From positions 1 to 64,000 of the forward strand of contig NIVC01000311.1 of NCBI GenBank assembly GCA_002269645.1: a DNA stretch of 64,000 bases, read 5' to 3'. The first letter of the stretch is position 1. Every line of letters begins with the position of its first letter. The DNA comes from Macrostomum lignano (taxonomy: Eukaryota). A program made the position numbers and the translations under genes. Under the pieces are notes generated by a model that saw nothing but the letters and a program-made list of their open reading frames with translations, was not told the DNA's origin and did not search any database. Below are positions 39,415-50,532 of this stretch, in pieces.

Positions 39415-39599
39415 TTAGTGGGCATTTGCAGATATATTATTTGTTATATTTATTTTGCTAACAAAAATGTCAACAAATACTTATCAAAGAAGACACATTT
39501 ATAAATGACACTCTAAGCCTGGAATAGCACAAGTACAAGTGTTATAAATTCATATAGAAAATAGAAAAAATGTGTACAATAATAATAATAATTGATTAT

Positions 39600-39880
39600 A
39601 CCTGCCCTAATTGGGCCAGATGTGCAACTGACAGCTCAGCCACAGCTATTGTGTTGCACATCTGAAGGTTGCATATGGCTGTTCAGTCTAAAGACTGGGG
39701 GTTACCATATACCCTGAATTACCCCAGCTAATGCTGGCACCCATTTTATAGCTGGGTGGACTAAAGCATTATAGAGTTAATTGTCTTGCTTAAGGACACA
39801 AGTTGTTCCAATTGGATCTTGAATCCAACTTCCAACCTTCAAGTCACAAGTCCAATGCTTTAAATATCAGACTACAACAC
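39600..39880. mobile_element. Possible decayed CORE-type SINE fragment
   Basis: CCCATTTTATAGCTGGGTGGACT..GTTAATTGTCTTGCTTAAGGACACA resembles the MIR/CORE core (GTTAAGTGACTTGCCCAAGGTCACA). No TSD found. Confidence 0.3.
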
Positions 39881-40128
39881 ATTTAAGTAATAAATCATAA
39901 TGAATTCTACCTTTGAAACTACACATATCAACATATGTAACTGCTAGCCAACCTAGCCAATACAATATAGCTAATATAAATTATGACAAACTAGGAATAA
40001 GTTATAAAATTAACAACTTTTGATAAATTGGACTCTAATTTGTCAAATTAGACAAATTAGACTCTAATTTGGAGAACAAATTTAATAATTTTTATTTTGA
40101 TTTTTGTTAAGTAACAAAGCTAGCTAAG

Positions 40129-40319
40129 CAGGCGCCGCGGAACAGGGGGGGCAGCTGCCCCCCTGACATTGAGTTGGGGGGGCATTGCCCCCCCCCTCAA
40201 ATACTGTTCAACAGCATAATTTTGCTCAAATTTTTGGTCATTGTCCAAGTCAGGGTCTGGGCTTGAGTTTCGGAAACTTGGTCCTGCCCCCCTGGCAAAA
40301 ACTCGTTCCGCGGTGCCTG
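40129..40319. mobile_element. hAT-like MITE (191 bp)
   Basis: TIRs CAGGCGCCGCGGAAC / GTTCCGCGGTGCCTG match 14/15. 8-bp TSD TAGCTAAG (40121-40128) / AAGCTAAG (40320-40327). Confidence 0.82.
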
Positions 40320-41039
40320 AAGCTAAGTTGCATTTTTAACTAAGGTGCATAGCCAATAATATATAGTTTTTGAAGTTGTATGTATATATATTAAAAACTA
40401 TGTAAATTAAAAAAGAATCATGTTGCAAATCTTATGAATGACTTTTTGGGATCAATTTTATTTTAAATTATACTTCAAATATACTCAAGCATTTTTATTT
40501 CTATTTAAATAGAAAAAAACTAATAGTAATAGAGACAATGTATTTAAAATGATTGTCAAAGGTAGGAATAAGCTATAATGCTAAAATTAGAACTGGGAGC
40601 ACCAGATACACAGAAGTGTCAAAACAATTGAGATACTCTGCATGATGCATGTATTAAAACTTTTCAATTTTAGCAATTTTGACCCATTCCCTCTATAGAA
40701 TATATGGCTTTATTTTGGCTTAAGAAGTTAGATTATGCCTGATACCCCTTGGATAAAATAAACTTAGAGCCTGGCTGCCACTGGAAATAGTTCTCTTAGA
40801 GACCTAGTATCTATTGTCTTTTTATAGGCCTATATTACATCTTATTTGTTATGATTCCAAATAGCCTAGCCTGCCTAGGGCTAGGCTGCTTAGCTGCTGG
40901 CATAAGACAAAAATTTAATTAGGCATTATTGTGACATTGCATTATTTAAAAAGGATTCAATATTCTACAAGTTATTTTATTGCAAAAGAGCATTCTTTCG
41001 TTTTATTTGACACAAATAGCCGTTTTATTAGTAACACCT

Positions 41040-41826
41040 GGCTCATTCCATATAAGCATGGTCGTAACATGACAGGCTATTTTTACTTATAAAATGAAAT
41101 ATAATAATAGAATATACTAAATTAATATTTTAAATGAAAGATAATTTTGTCAAAAATATTTTTATAGAGTTTCATGTAGATATCATCATTAGTATAGATG
41201 CTATTAAACCTTGAATGGCACTTATGGTCGTAACAACAGGATTTTTGACAGATAGAAACTAAAAGGTAAAAGTCTTATAACATTTTTATTTTTGATATTT
41301 TGCAATACATTTTTTAAAATTTGACTAAGAACATCTTTAGTAATCATACTCTTTTATTAGAATATATAAACTCAAAAAGGCAACAAAGATACAAAAGAAA
41401 AGGCAGCCTTATGGTCGTAACATTATGGTCGTAACATATTTTTTTCTGTCAATTCAGTAACTTTGAGGTACCAATATATTAAAAATATAATAGATTATTT
41501 GGTCACCAATACTTTTATCTGATGATGCAAGTACTATACTTTTATCTATAGTTTGTTTCAACCTTCCAAAGCTTTCTATTTGTTTTTAAAAGGTACACAA
41601 ACTTAATGATGTCTTTTGCTTTGAAAAATGTCTAAATTTTTACAAAAATGACTTTTTGCCACTTGATAGCATACTAATCTAACATTTTATCATTCATTTA
41701 TTCTTAGATTGTAGATATTACACATAAAAAACATTTGGTAAAAAAATTGGCTGATAAGGCAATGGCAAGCAAAAATATTGACTTTTTTCTATTTTCCAAA
41801 AATGTCCATCTTATATGGAATGAGCC
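41040..41826. mobile_element. Non-autonomous TIR DNA transposon (787 bp)
   Basis: Perfect 17-bp TIRs GGCTCATTCCATATAAG / CTTATATGGAATGAGCC. Flanking direct repeat ACCT (or CACCTG if the TIR starts one base in). Internal ATGGTCGTAACA motif four times. Confidence 0.82.
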
Positions 41827-42559
41827 ACCTGACTCCACGTAACGCAATATGAATGAAGTTCACACACAGTATGACATTTCTTTCTAAGAAAACTCATTTA
41901 AACCATTCTCACTTTTTATAGACAAACAAAAATAGTGACATTGAAATCTTTTATAGAGTCATATAGTATAGGATTTCCAACTCCCTGTATAAATTCTACT
42001 TCTCTTAAATAGCCCCTAAGGCATAAACATTAATGGTAGATCTAGAGTGACAAAGTTTTGAAAGTTTTAATGTCTGCTTTACACTAGGCCTACAGTGTAA
42101 GTTCAAGGACCCAAGGACCATTGTAGTATAGCTATATATATAACTACGCTTGTATATATAACTATATATAACGATATAACTGTAAGCGATACGTTTTTCT
42201 ACGAGTACCGTACGCGGTGTTTGAGTAAATTCTGTTTAACCCTAAACCGTTGTAATTTAGCACCAGAAGACTATGAATTTAAATGCGCTGAATGTAACAT
42301 ATAGAGCTGCAGGATGTAATTTTCTGCAGCTGCAGTTATATCTTAGATTGATAGTTTATATTCGACGGATGCTTCGAAATATAGCGGATGTTAAGATAAT
42401 AGCGGAAGACAAAGCATTTGTTGTTTAATTGGTACAAATCAAAATGACGCGCAACGACTGATAGCTATTTTTTTAAAAGGGCCTTCGTTAAGGGGTAGTG
42501 CATATTCGCGTATATATGAACTTGCTACTATTAGCTAGTTGCACATGTGAACCCTACTT

Positions 42560-43325
42560 CTCCGAAATCAGTTTTCTGAGCGAAGGAAGGGCAAGCAGTC
42601 ACATACCCTCAAGTCAAGTAATTATTTTCCTTTTCCAAAACTGGCGATCCCAATGACTCGGCTGTTCTCAACGCTTAAAGCTGATGCTGTTGCTCGCATT
42701 CTTGGTTCTGCCATTGCAACAAGCTGCAGCTCAAACTCAACCGACGCTTCCTCTTGGTCAAGCCCCGCAACTTTACCATCAGTTGTAAAGCGCCTTAAGT
42801 TCTTTTTGTGTTCAGACAGACAAGTAGAAAAATACAAAAGCAAAAGCCAATAACATGTCTAAAACGTTTTCATCTTTTGCAATAACAAACAATCCTGCTC
42901 CCGGTTGGCAAGGCAGTTCGGTTATGCGGAAACGTCATCGATCACCACAAGGATCGAAACTGGGAAACTCGTCGCGACTCATGAGGATGACGGAGCTGGA
43001 CAGCAGCGTCTGCCTGAAGCCTCGCTGAAGCACGGACGGCGGCACCTGCTCAGCGGGGCAGCGGCTTCTCTGCACGGACACCAGACCGCATGCGGAGTCG
43101 TTCGACTCGACCAGAATGCGGACGGCTCTCAGGTCCGTGAAGTTTGCTCGGCCTGAGTCGAAGTCGAAGAAGAAGAGCTGCGGACCGGACGGCTGCAGCA
43201 GAACCGGGACGGGCTGTCCAAGCGACAGTCGGAAATCCGAAACGAGTTGAGCTCTAGAACTAACAGTGACGAGCATAGCCGACTGGGTAGTCACCCACAA
43301 ATACACCTGCTGCTGCTGCTGCTGC

Positions 43326-43328
<3 letters not shown>
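42560..43328. pseudogene. SID-1/SIDT-like copy A, rearranged: 5' piece on + (ATG 42653, frameshifted) and ectodomain/TM piece on - (about 42805-43328)
   Basis: The + strand MTRLFSTLK..LLAFLVLP..AAAQTQPTLPLGQA matches the N-termini of copies B/C and their upstream DNA. The - strand VYLWVTT..PSGPQLFFFDFDSGRANFTDLRAVRIL..RGFRQTLLSSS matches the B/C ectodomain and ends at a (CAG)7 tract. Confidence 0.88.
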
Positions 43329-43394
<66 letters not shown>

Positions 43395-44870
43395 TTGTGT
43401 GTGCGGTGGATTGCGCCCAGGCACCGCTAGAGGCGGTGCTTGGCCAGTTCTACCAGCCCGAGGGGGTCGGCTGCGATGCTGCTGACATCAATGGAGTGTC
43501 CTCCTAGGAAACGGAGCCTGGCACTGGCGAGGGCCGGGCAGTCGAGCCAGTGAACCAGGTCGTCGCATGGGTGACCGCAGCGTAGGCAGAAGGGATCGAC
43601 CGACGGGTCGATGACGCTGTGGTAGGCTCGAAAGAGAAGGCAGTGCCCCGAACGGATGTTGGCGGGGAGCACGGCGTCGGCTGGTTCATTGATGAGGTTC
43701 TCCTCGAGGTGACAGTTGAGATGGCTGTATGTGAGACTCGAGAGGTCGTGTGGCTGATCGGGGGGTCCTGAATGGCGTGGTGAATGACGTTCTTGGCGCT
43801 GCAAAATCTGACTGGGCAGGGAGAGAGGTCCAGCATCGTGGCCTCCTTGGCGAAGCGGTCAGCCATGCAGTTCGTTGCCGGTGACATTTTAGTGGCCGAG
43901 GACCCATTGCCAGGTGATATCGGCGATGGGCGTTGGCAACTGGGCCCTGATGTTGGGGCTGCCGCTGGCAAGCGATCGGAGGAGGGCCTGGCTATCCATG
44001 CAGATATTGGTGGCTCCCGTGGTGGCGGATTTGTTAAGTCAGCTGATGGCGAGGGCTGCGGCTTGGACCTCCTCCTCGAAGGATGTGGTGGAGGAGCGCC
44101 TCGCTGCTGGAGCGTGGCCAGAATGGTCGGGTTGTCCGGGTCGTCGACCGTGACGATGGCCGCGGCACCGCCACCGGCCGTGCCGCCGGCAGCCGAGCCG
44201 TCACAGAAGATGGTGATTGTGCCTGGAAGCAAGCGAATGATGTTGGTGGCAGCTGCCGTGCGCGCTGGGCGAGGCTCCGGCAGATCCATGCTGATGCGCA
44301 CGTCGTTGAAGCTAAAGGAGGCGTCCCACGGGGCGGGGCGCGCAGTGAAAATCGTAGCGCGCGGTGTAGTGTCCGCTTTAATGAGGGGCGTCAGTGCGCG
44401 CGCAAATGCCACCAGCTGCTTCTGCGGAGGCGGTACGGAGTGTTTCCTGTGACCGCGATGTGGCACGGGTGGGAAGCCGGAAGGCGAAGAGCCCTTTCGT
44501 AGGCGACGAGACAAATGGCGTTACTTCCGGTATGGACGGCGGAGCAGATGCCCGCTTCCAGTCTGAGAGCCTCAACAAGAGTCTTGCCGTGTTGGCCGGT
44601 AACAATGCTGAGGGCGGCGTTCTGCGCTCTTTCAAGCTGGTTGAAGGCGGAGTCAGATAGCCAGGGGTGCCAGGCCGGAGCAGCGTAGTTGATGATGCTG
44701 AGTTGCATTGCCTTGTAGATGCGAAGCAAGAGTTTCTTGCTCCACCCCCATTCCTTGGAGGCGAGACAGGCAAGCAGCCGGCAGCGGGAGGTGGACCGTT
44801 GAAAACTTCTGTTCAATGAAAGTTGCATGTGGCTTTCCAACACTGGGACCCAGAAAGAACTCCAGAAGCT
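43329..44870 (-). mobile_element. 5'-truncated, decayed RNase H-containing non-LTR retrotransposon (I/Ingi/Nimb-like group) with a (CA)n tail
   Basis: Post-RT region EWGWSKKLLLRIYKAM..YAAPAW..LERAQNAAL..EALRLEAG. RNase H motifs IFCDGSA, ICMDSQALL, QWVLGH..GNE and ADRFAKEA (with stops and frameshifts). C-terminal CLRCG..HWLDCP zinc knuckle. Stop at 43427, then (CA)n at about 43403-43329. Confidence 0.85.
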
Positions 44871-45399
44871 CCTTGCCTTACAAGTCATGTCCAAAAGTCA
44901 TGTCATGTCATGTCCAAAAGTCAGACAGACTCTTTTATTGTTTATCTCTCTCACTTGCGTATCCTTATATATGTACGTTGCTCGGCCCAAACAGTTGACT
45001 ATCATATCTATCTTGACGCGTCCCTTGGTAACCTAAACAGATTGGCTCACATAACTTGAGTCCATTCACAAAATGCGTAAACCAATTGTGACCTTTCTTT
45101 GTAATTCGTAAAACTACCAAAACTATTAAAATCTGCTTTGTGAAAACTCGGTTTCAGAAACGGACTTTGCTTCGGTTTGGCCCAGTCAGGAACTTCTAGA
45201 TGTAGAATAAAACACAGTGGCAACGATGGCAGCTTCACAAACTCTTCAATAACTTAAAACCTGTGTTATAAAGCTGAAAAACAATTGCCACATCTAAGCC
45301 ATTCTTTGTTTAAACTTGTAAAGTCGGCAAATTTTAACTCTACTTGAAAAAGTTGAGATGTAGAAAACTGATTCTCATCTCATCTCAACATCAAATTAG

Positions 45400-45587
45400 C
45401 ATCAGATTAACATTAGATTAACGTCAGATTAATATCAGGTTAGCATCAGGTTAACATCAGGTTAACATCAGATTAACATCAGGTTAACATCAGGTTAGCA
45501 TCAGGTTAACATCAGGTTAACATCAGGTTAGCATCAGGTTAACATCAAGTTAACATCCGATTAACGGCATGTTAACATCAGGTTAAC
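45400..45587. repeat. 11-bp minisatellite TTAACATCAGG
   Basis: About 16 units. Only 3-4 degenerate units occur at the paralogous site 55615-55665. Confidence 0.92.
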
Positions 45588-46496
45588 CCATCTTAAGTTT
45601 TCATTGTTTCCACACTAGCGTCAGTGAAGGACTACAATGGTCCTTGGCATCAGTACGCTAGCTTCCAGTCCGCTGATGCTACTTTTAGGCGTCCCTGATC
45701 CAACCAACCTTCAAAACCGTCGCGTTTTTTTTCTTGTTTTGTTGCAATGATCACCCCAGGGCTTGGCGCAGTAGCAATAATTCGTGGGTTCAAATTCAAT
45801 TGCTGATAAGAAAATCCGTGCGTGTCTCAAACGCGAAAATTCATGTGAGCAGCACAACAAGTTTTGACAGGCACCAACTAGCACGTCGACCACAGGTACA
45901 CCAACATCTCAATCAAATTTCCGCTTCAGATCATGCACCACTCGGGAAAATGAGTTTATTAGATAAAGCCAGGCTATTAATGTATGTGTGTGCGGTGAAT
46001 TATAGTTCTGAAAAATAGATTTTTGAAGCCCAGATGACAAAGCCTCAAAAAATTGAATTAAAAATTCTAATAATCATACAATCGTATATTTGGATACAGG
46101 AAGAAATAAATATCAGGAGTTCTAGAGGAATTTTTTCATCAAGAATGTTTTTAAAAAATTCATTTTAATAAGCGATGTCATAGGCATTGAAAGCGATGAG
46201 CTACAAATCAAACGGTTGACAATAACGTCTACTTCGGAAACCGCGAAGAAGCAATGATTAAAAAATATAATATCTAATATCATTGAATAAAAATAATTGG
46301 AGCTACTAGTAGATAAGGCGGTCGGTTTTTATTGCCCACCTCCTTGTTCAAACTAAAAAATTATGCAAATAGTCAAACTGTGAACAGCAAAATATCTCCC
46401 CAAGCACTGCTTCAAAGTTACAATCCACACATGCAGTAATGCCACTTCCGAACATAATTTCAGATCATCTTTGTTCCATGGATTAACTTCTTTGGC

Positions 46497-49282
46497 TCAG
46501 AAAATCCGGTCTGGCGCGAGCTCCTGTCGCTCTTCATCGAAGTCCATGAAGAGAACGAAGAGCAGCAGGCAGAGCAGCGCCTGCGAGCCGATCAGATGCC
46601 ACAGGTCGTGCTGGTCGAACGGCAGGCCAAGCGGATGCCACAAGCAGTCGTTGTTGGATTCTCGGGACTCAGCCGGGCTGCCTTCCCATTCGGTTGGAGG
46701 GTTGAAGAAAAAGACTACGGCCAGGATGAAAAGGCCAGCAAAAAGCAAGAATAAAATGAGTACAGCAGTTCCTCGACAACAGAGCTTGACAGACTTGACA
46801 CACAGACAGGCTTGAATATCCTTTGGTCTCGTCTTTCTGCAACACTTTCGAATGCAGTAATAAAGGAAGTATAGACTTGCAGATCCGGCAGTCACAGCCA
46901 GAAGGAAATTTGCAAATAGAAAATGTTCATGTAGAAATCCAACTAGAAAACTGGCGATTCCAGCGGCAAAGCAGACAAAAGCAGCTAAGAACGTAAGAAA
47001 ATGCTGCAACAACTGCTTTTTCCGAACGATCAAAGAAATAACAGCCAGCAGCAGCAGCACAACACCCAGCACGCTAAACACGAATTCTCGGCTAACCAAG
47101 GAAAACAGAATGCCCAGCGAGTTCACCAGCACCGTGACGCCCAACGCAACGAAGGTGACGTTGGTGACCGAGCCGGAGCTGAGGTGCCGCTTGCTGTAGA
47201 CAGCCAGGCCCAGCATGCTGGAAAGCATGATCATGAAGGTCGTGTCGAACTGGAAGGTGTTGTGCGACGGACAGATGTGGTAGCAGGCAGAGAGCACGCC
47301 CTCCATGGCCAGCGCCAGACCGGCAGCGTAGTGAGCCGAGTAGCAGCGAGGAATGACGACCGGTTTGGAGATCCGGGGCTCAGGTGGGAGCAGTTGCACA
47401 TTCTCAGTACTCGTATGATGCTCTTCTGATCCTTGAACAGTTGCCTAAAGTAGATAAGATGCAAAAGCATTTGGTAGCTTTAGTCAGCGCTGCCGGAGCG
47501 TAGAAAAAAGTTTATTTAAGGGCAACAACTTTGTTTTGAACTTCACATGTACTTTAGGGTACTTAGGCTAACCAGTGATCTCACCTGTGGCTTGTCATGG
47601 AAAAGTTGTTTCGAAAGGACAACCACCATGAACACTATTCCGGCCGTTACGTAGCCCACATTCGATACCGCATTGTTGAATGCAAAAAATGTCGTCAGCT
47701 CTGTTTTTACATAAAAGCGGCACTTGAAATTATAGTAGCACTCATCCAAGTTTCCGAAGGAGCTGATGGAGTCCTGCTGGAGCAGCACCAGCTGAAAAAC
47801 TGGTAGGCAGTAGAAGATAGCTATGGCCGTCAGCTGCATCACGAGGCTGGCATGATGCATTTTTTGCTCCCTTTCTGGCTCTCCTTGGTTGTCACCATCG
47901 TTAATCTCAGGAGGGTCGTGCTGGTGGATGTGCTCCTGTTCTTGGTTGCCAGCGTCGTTATTCTCATGACGGTCGAGTTGGTCGGTGCCGCAGCACTGGC
48001 AGTACATGCAGTAAACGCTGCAACTGCAATTGCAATCGCATCCGCAGCTTATATCACGAAAACCATGCCAAAAATTTTTTATTGAAGAACACGTTTGATC
48101 AAGGACGTTCTTAAACCCCGATTTACATCTATATCCCCCAACAACACATACAATACCGGTAAATAGCAGAATAAGACCTGAACCAAGCAAGAGAAAAAAA
48201 CAGAGTAGCTTTTTGAAAAACCAAAAAAGCAAAACAACGAAGGAAAGAGCGAAACTTATCACAGAGAAGTACAATACAAAAGCCAATATGCTCAAAGCAG
48301 TTAGTTTGTAGATTTTATCACAAAAAATAAAAGCCACAACTATCGCAGCAAGGCAGTCAACTCCGCCTAAAAGAAAAGTCAAACCAATAAGTGCCCACTC
48401 CTCCGAGTCGTGCATGGCGATCTGCTCAACCTTGATCGTGACGCTCTTGCTGGGAAACCACTGTCGCCGTTCCTGCTCCCAGTTGGCAAGGCAGTTTCGG
48501 TTGTCCGGAAACGCCGTCAGCACCACAAGGAAGCTGGGAAACTCATCGCGCCTCATCAAGATGATGGAGCTGGACAGCAGCGTCTGTCTGAAGCCTCGCT
48601 GGAGCACGGACGGCGGCACCTGATCAGCGGGGCAGCGGCTTCTCTGCACGGACACCAAACCGCATGCGGAGTCGTTCGAATCGACCAGAATGCGGACGGC
48701 TCTCAGGTCCGTGAAGTTTGCTCGGCCTGAGTCGAAATCGAAGAAGAAGAGCTGCGGACCGGACGGCTGCAGCAGAACCTGGACCGGCTGTCCAAGTGAC
48801 AGTCGGAAATTCGAAGCGAGTTGAGCTCTAGCACTCACAGTGACGAGCGCAGCTGACTCGGTAGTCACCCGCAGATACACCTGCTACTGCTGCTGCTGAT
48901 CAGGTGTCTGAGGACTCAGATGCGGTGGGCAGATGGTCCTGGTCACCGACTGGAAGCTCTCTACAGTGCTCTGTTCGCCAGTGCTGCTCACATCAACAAA
49001 GGTGTATGGCAGCGACCAGGTGTGCAGTGTCAGTTGTTGTCTGACAACTACGAGAAGTGACGTATTCGAGTAGCTGGTCGTTTCCAATCGAAGTGCAACA
49101 GTTTCATTTTCAGGCTGAGTATATTTCACAAGAACTTCAAGTGCGCTTTTAGAGCTGATGGTAAAGTTGCGGGCTTGATCAAGCGGAAGTGTCGGTTGAG
49201 TTTGAGCTGCAGCTGGTTGCGATGGCAGAACCAGAAATGCCAGCAACAGCACCAGCTTAAGCGTTGAGAACAGCCGAGTCAT
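46497..49282 (-). pseudogene. SID-1/SIDT/CHUP-1 family transmembrane protein, copy B: 2 exons, otherwise intact, with a premature TAG in the polyQ
   Basis: Exons 49282-47585 and 47444-46497 (phase 0). Signal peptide, RTICP, FYCLPVFQLV, CYYNFKC..AFNNAVSNVGY, MEGVLSACYHICP..FQFDTTFM, WEGSPAESRESN and FDQHDLWH are diagnostic of SIDT. In-frame TAG at 48884-48886. Confidence 0.88.
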
Positions 49283-49331
49283 CGGGATCACCAGTTTCTG
49301 AAAGGGGAAATGATTGCTTGACTTGAGGGTA

Positions 49332-49396
49332 CTTACTTAACTACTACTGACGGGGGGCGCAGGCGCCGCAAATAGGCCGCGAGGCCCCAATCGCAA
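49332..49396 (-). mobile_element. 65-bp retroelement 3'-end fragment upstream of copy B
   Basis: 13-bp TSD TGACTT(G/C)AGGGTA at 49319-49331 and 49397-49409. AGTAGTAGTTAAGTAAG tail. Absent at the homologous positions of copies A and C. Confidence 0.65.
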
Positions 49397-49784
49397 TGAC
49401 TTCAGGGTATGAATTGCTTGTCTACACTAGCTCAGAGAACTGATTTCGGAGAAGTTTTTCAGCCTTTTTACAGGACAGTTGTTGAGAACAAACTGATTAA
49501 AATATTCTCCATTTTTCCTGCTATCATTTCAAAGACGCAATTAACTGTCAGTTATTATTAGTTGTTACAACAATTTTATGCCAAAACACTCTCTCTGCTC
49601 CAACACCCCCTTTGCCACAAACAGCTCTTTGCCCAACACTCCCACTGACCCAACACCCCCTCTATCCCAACACCCTCATGAAAGAGCATGTAGATATTTA
49701 GGCGTTGTGAAATTTAGGCGTTGTGAAGTGCGGTGGTTTTAAGCGTTATGAAATTTAGATCTTATGAAAGCTAGAATTAGATCT

Positions 49785-50532
49785 CTGCCCCAGCACCTCC
49801 TCTGCCCCAGCACCTCCTCTGCCCCAGCACCTCCTCTGCCCCAGCACCTCCTCTGCCCCAGCACCTCCTCTGCCCCAGCACCTCCTCTGCCCCAGCACCT
49901 CCTCTGCCCCAGCACCTCCTCTGCCCCAGCACCTCCTCTGCCCCAGCACCTCCTCTGCCCCAGCACCTCCTCTGCCCCAGCACCTCCTCTGCCCCAGCAC
50001 CTCCTCTGCCCCAGCACCTCCTCTACCCCAGCACCTCCTCTGCCCCAGCACCTCCTCTGCCCCAGCACCTCCTCTGCCCCAGCACCTCCTCTACCCCAGC
50101 ACATTCTCTGCCCCAGCACCTCCTCTGCCCCAGCACCTCCTCTGCCCCAGCACCTCCTCTGCCCCAGCACCTCCTCTGCCCCAGCACCTCCTCTACCCCA
50201 GCACCTTCTCTGCCCAGCACCTCCTCTGCCCCAGCACCTCCTCTGCCCCAGCACCTCCTCTGCCCCAGCACCTCCTCTGCCCCAGCACCTTCTCTGCCCC
50301 AGCACCTCCTCTGCCCCAGCACCTCCTCTGCCCCAGCACCTCCTCTGCCCCAGCACCTTCTCTGCCCCAGCACCTTCTCTGCCCCAGCACCTCCTCTGCC
50401 CCAGCACCTCCTCTGCCCCAGCACCTCCTCTGCCCCAGCACCTTCTCTGCCCCAGCACCTCCTCTGCCCCAGCACCTCCTCTGCCCCAGCACCTCCTCTG
50501 CCCCAGCACCTTCTCTGCCCCAGCACCTTCTA
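49785..50532. repeat. 17-bp minisatellite CTCTGCCCCAGCACCTC
   Basis: About 44 near-identical units. Confidence 0.96.

Noticed and set aside
42560-43328. Twin-priming retrocopy origin for inverted copy A
   Set aside because: The two pieces meet tail-to-tail and include upstream genomic DNA. Twin priming gives head-to-head junctions of mRNA-derived sequence.
45762-45800. tRNA gene (A/B box-like motifs; also near 55830-55866)
   Set aside because: The box spacing is too short and no cloverleaf forms. At most it is a decayed SINE head duplicated with the segment.
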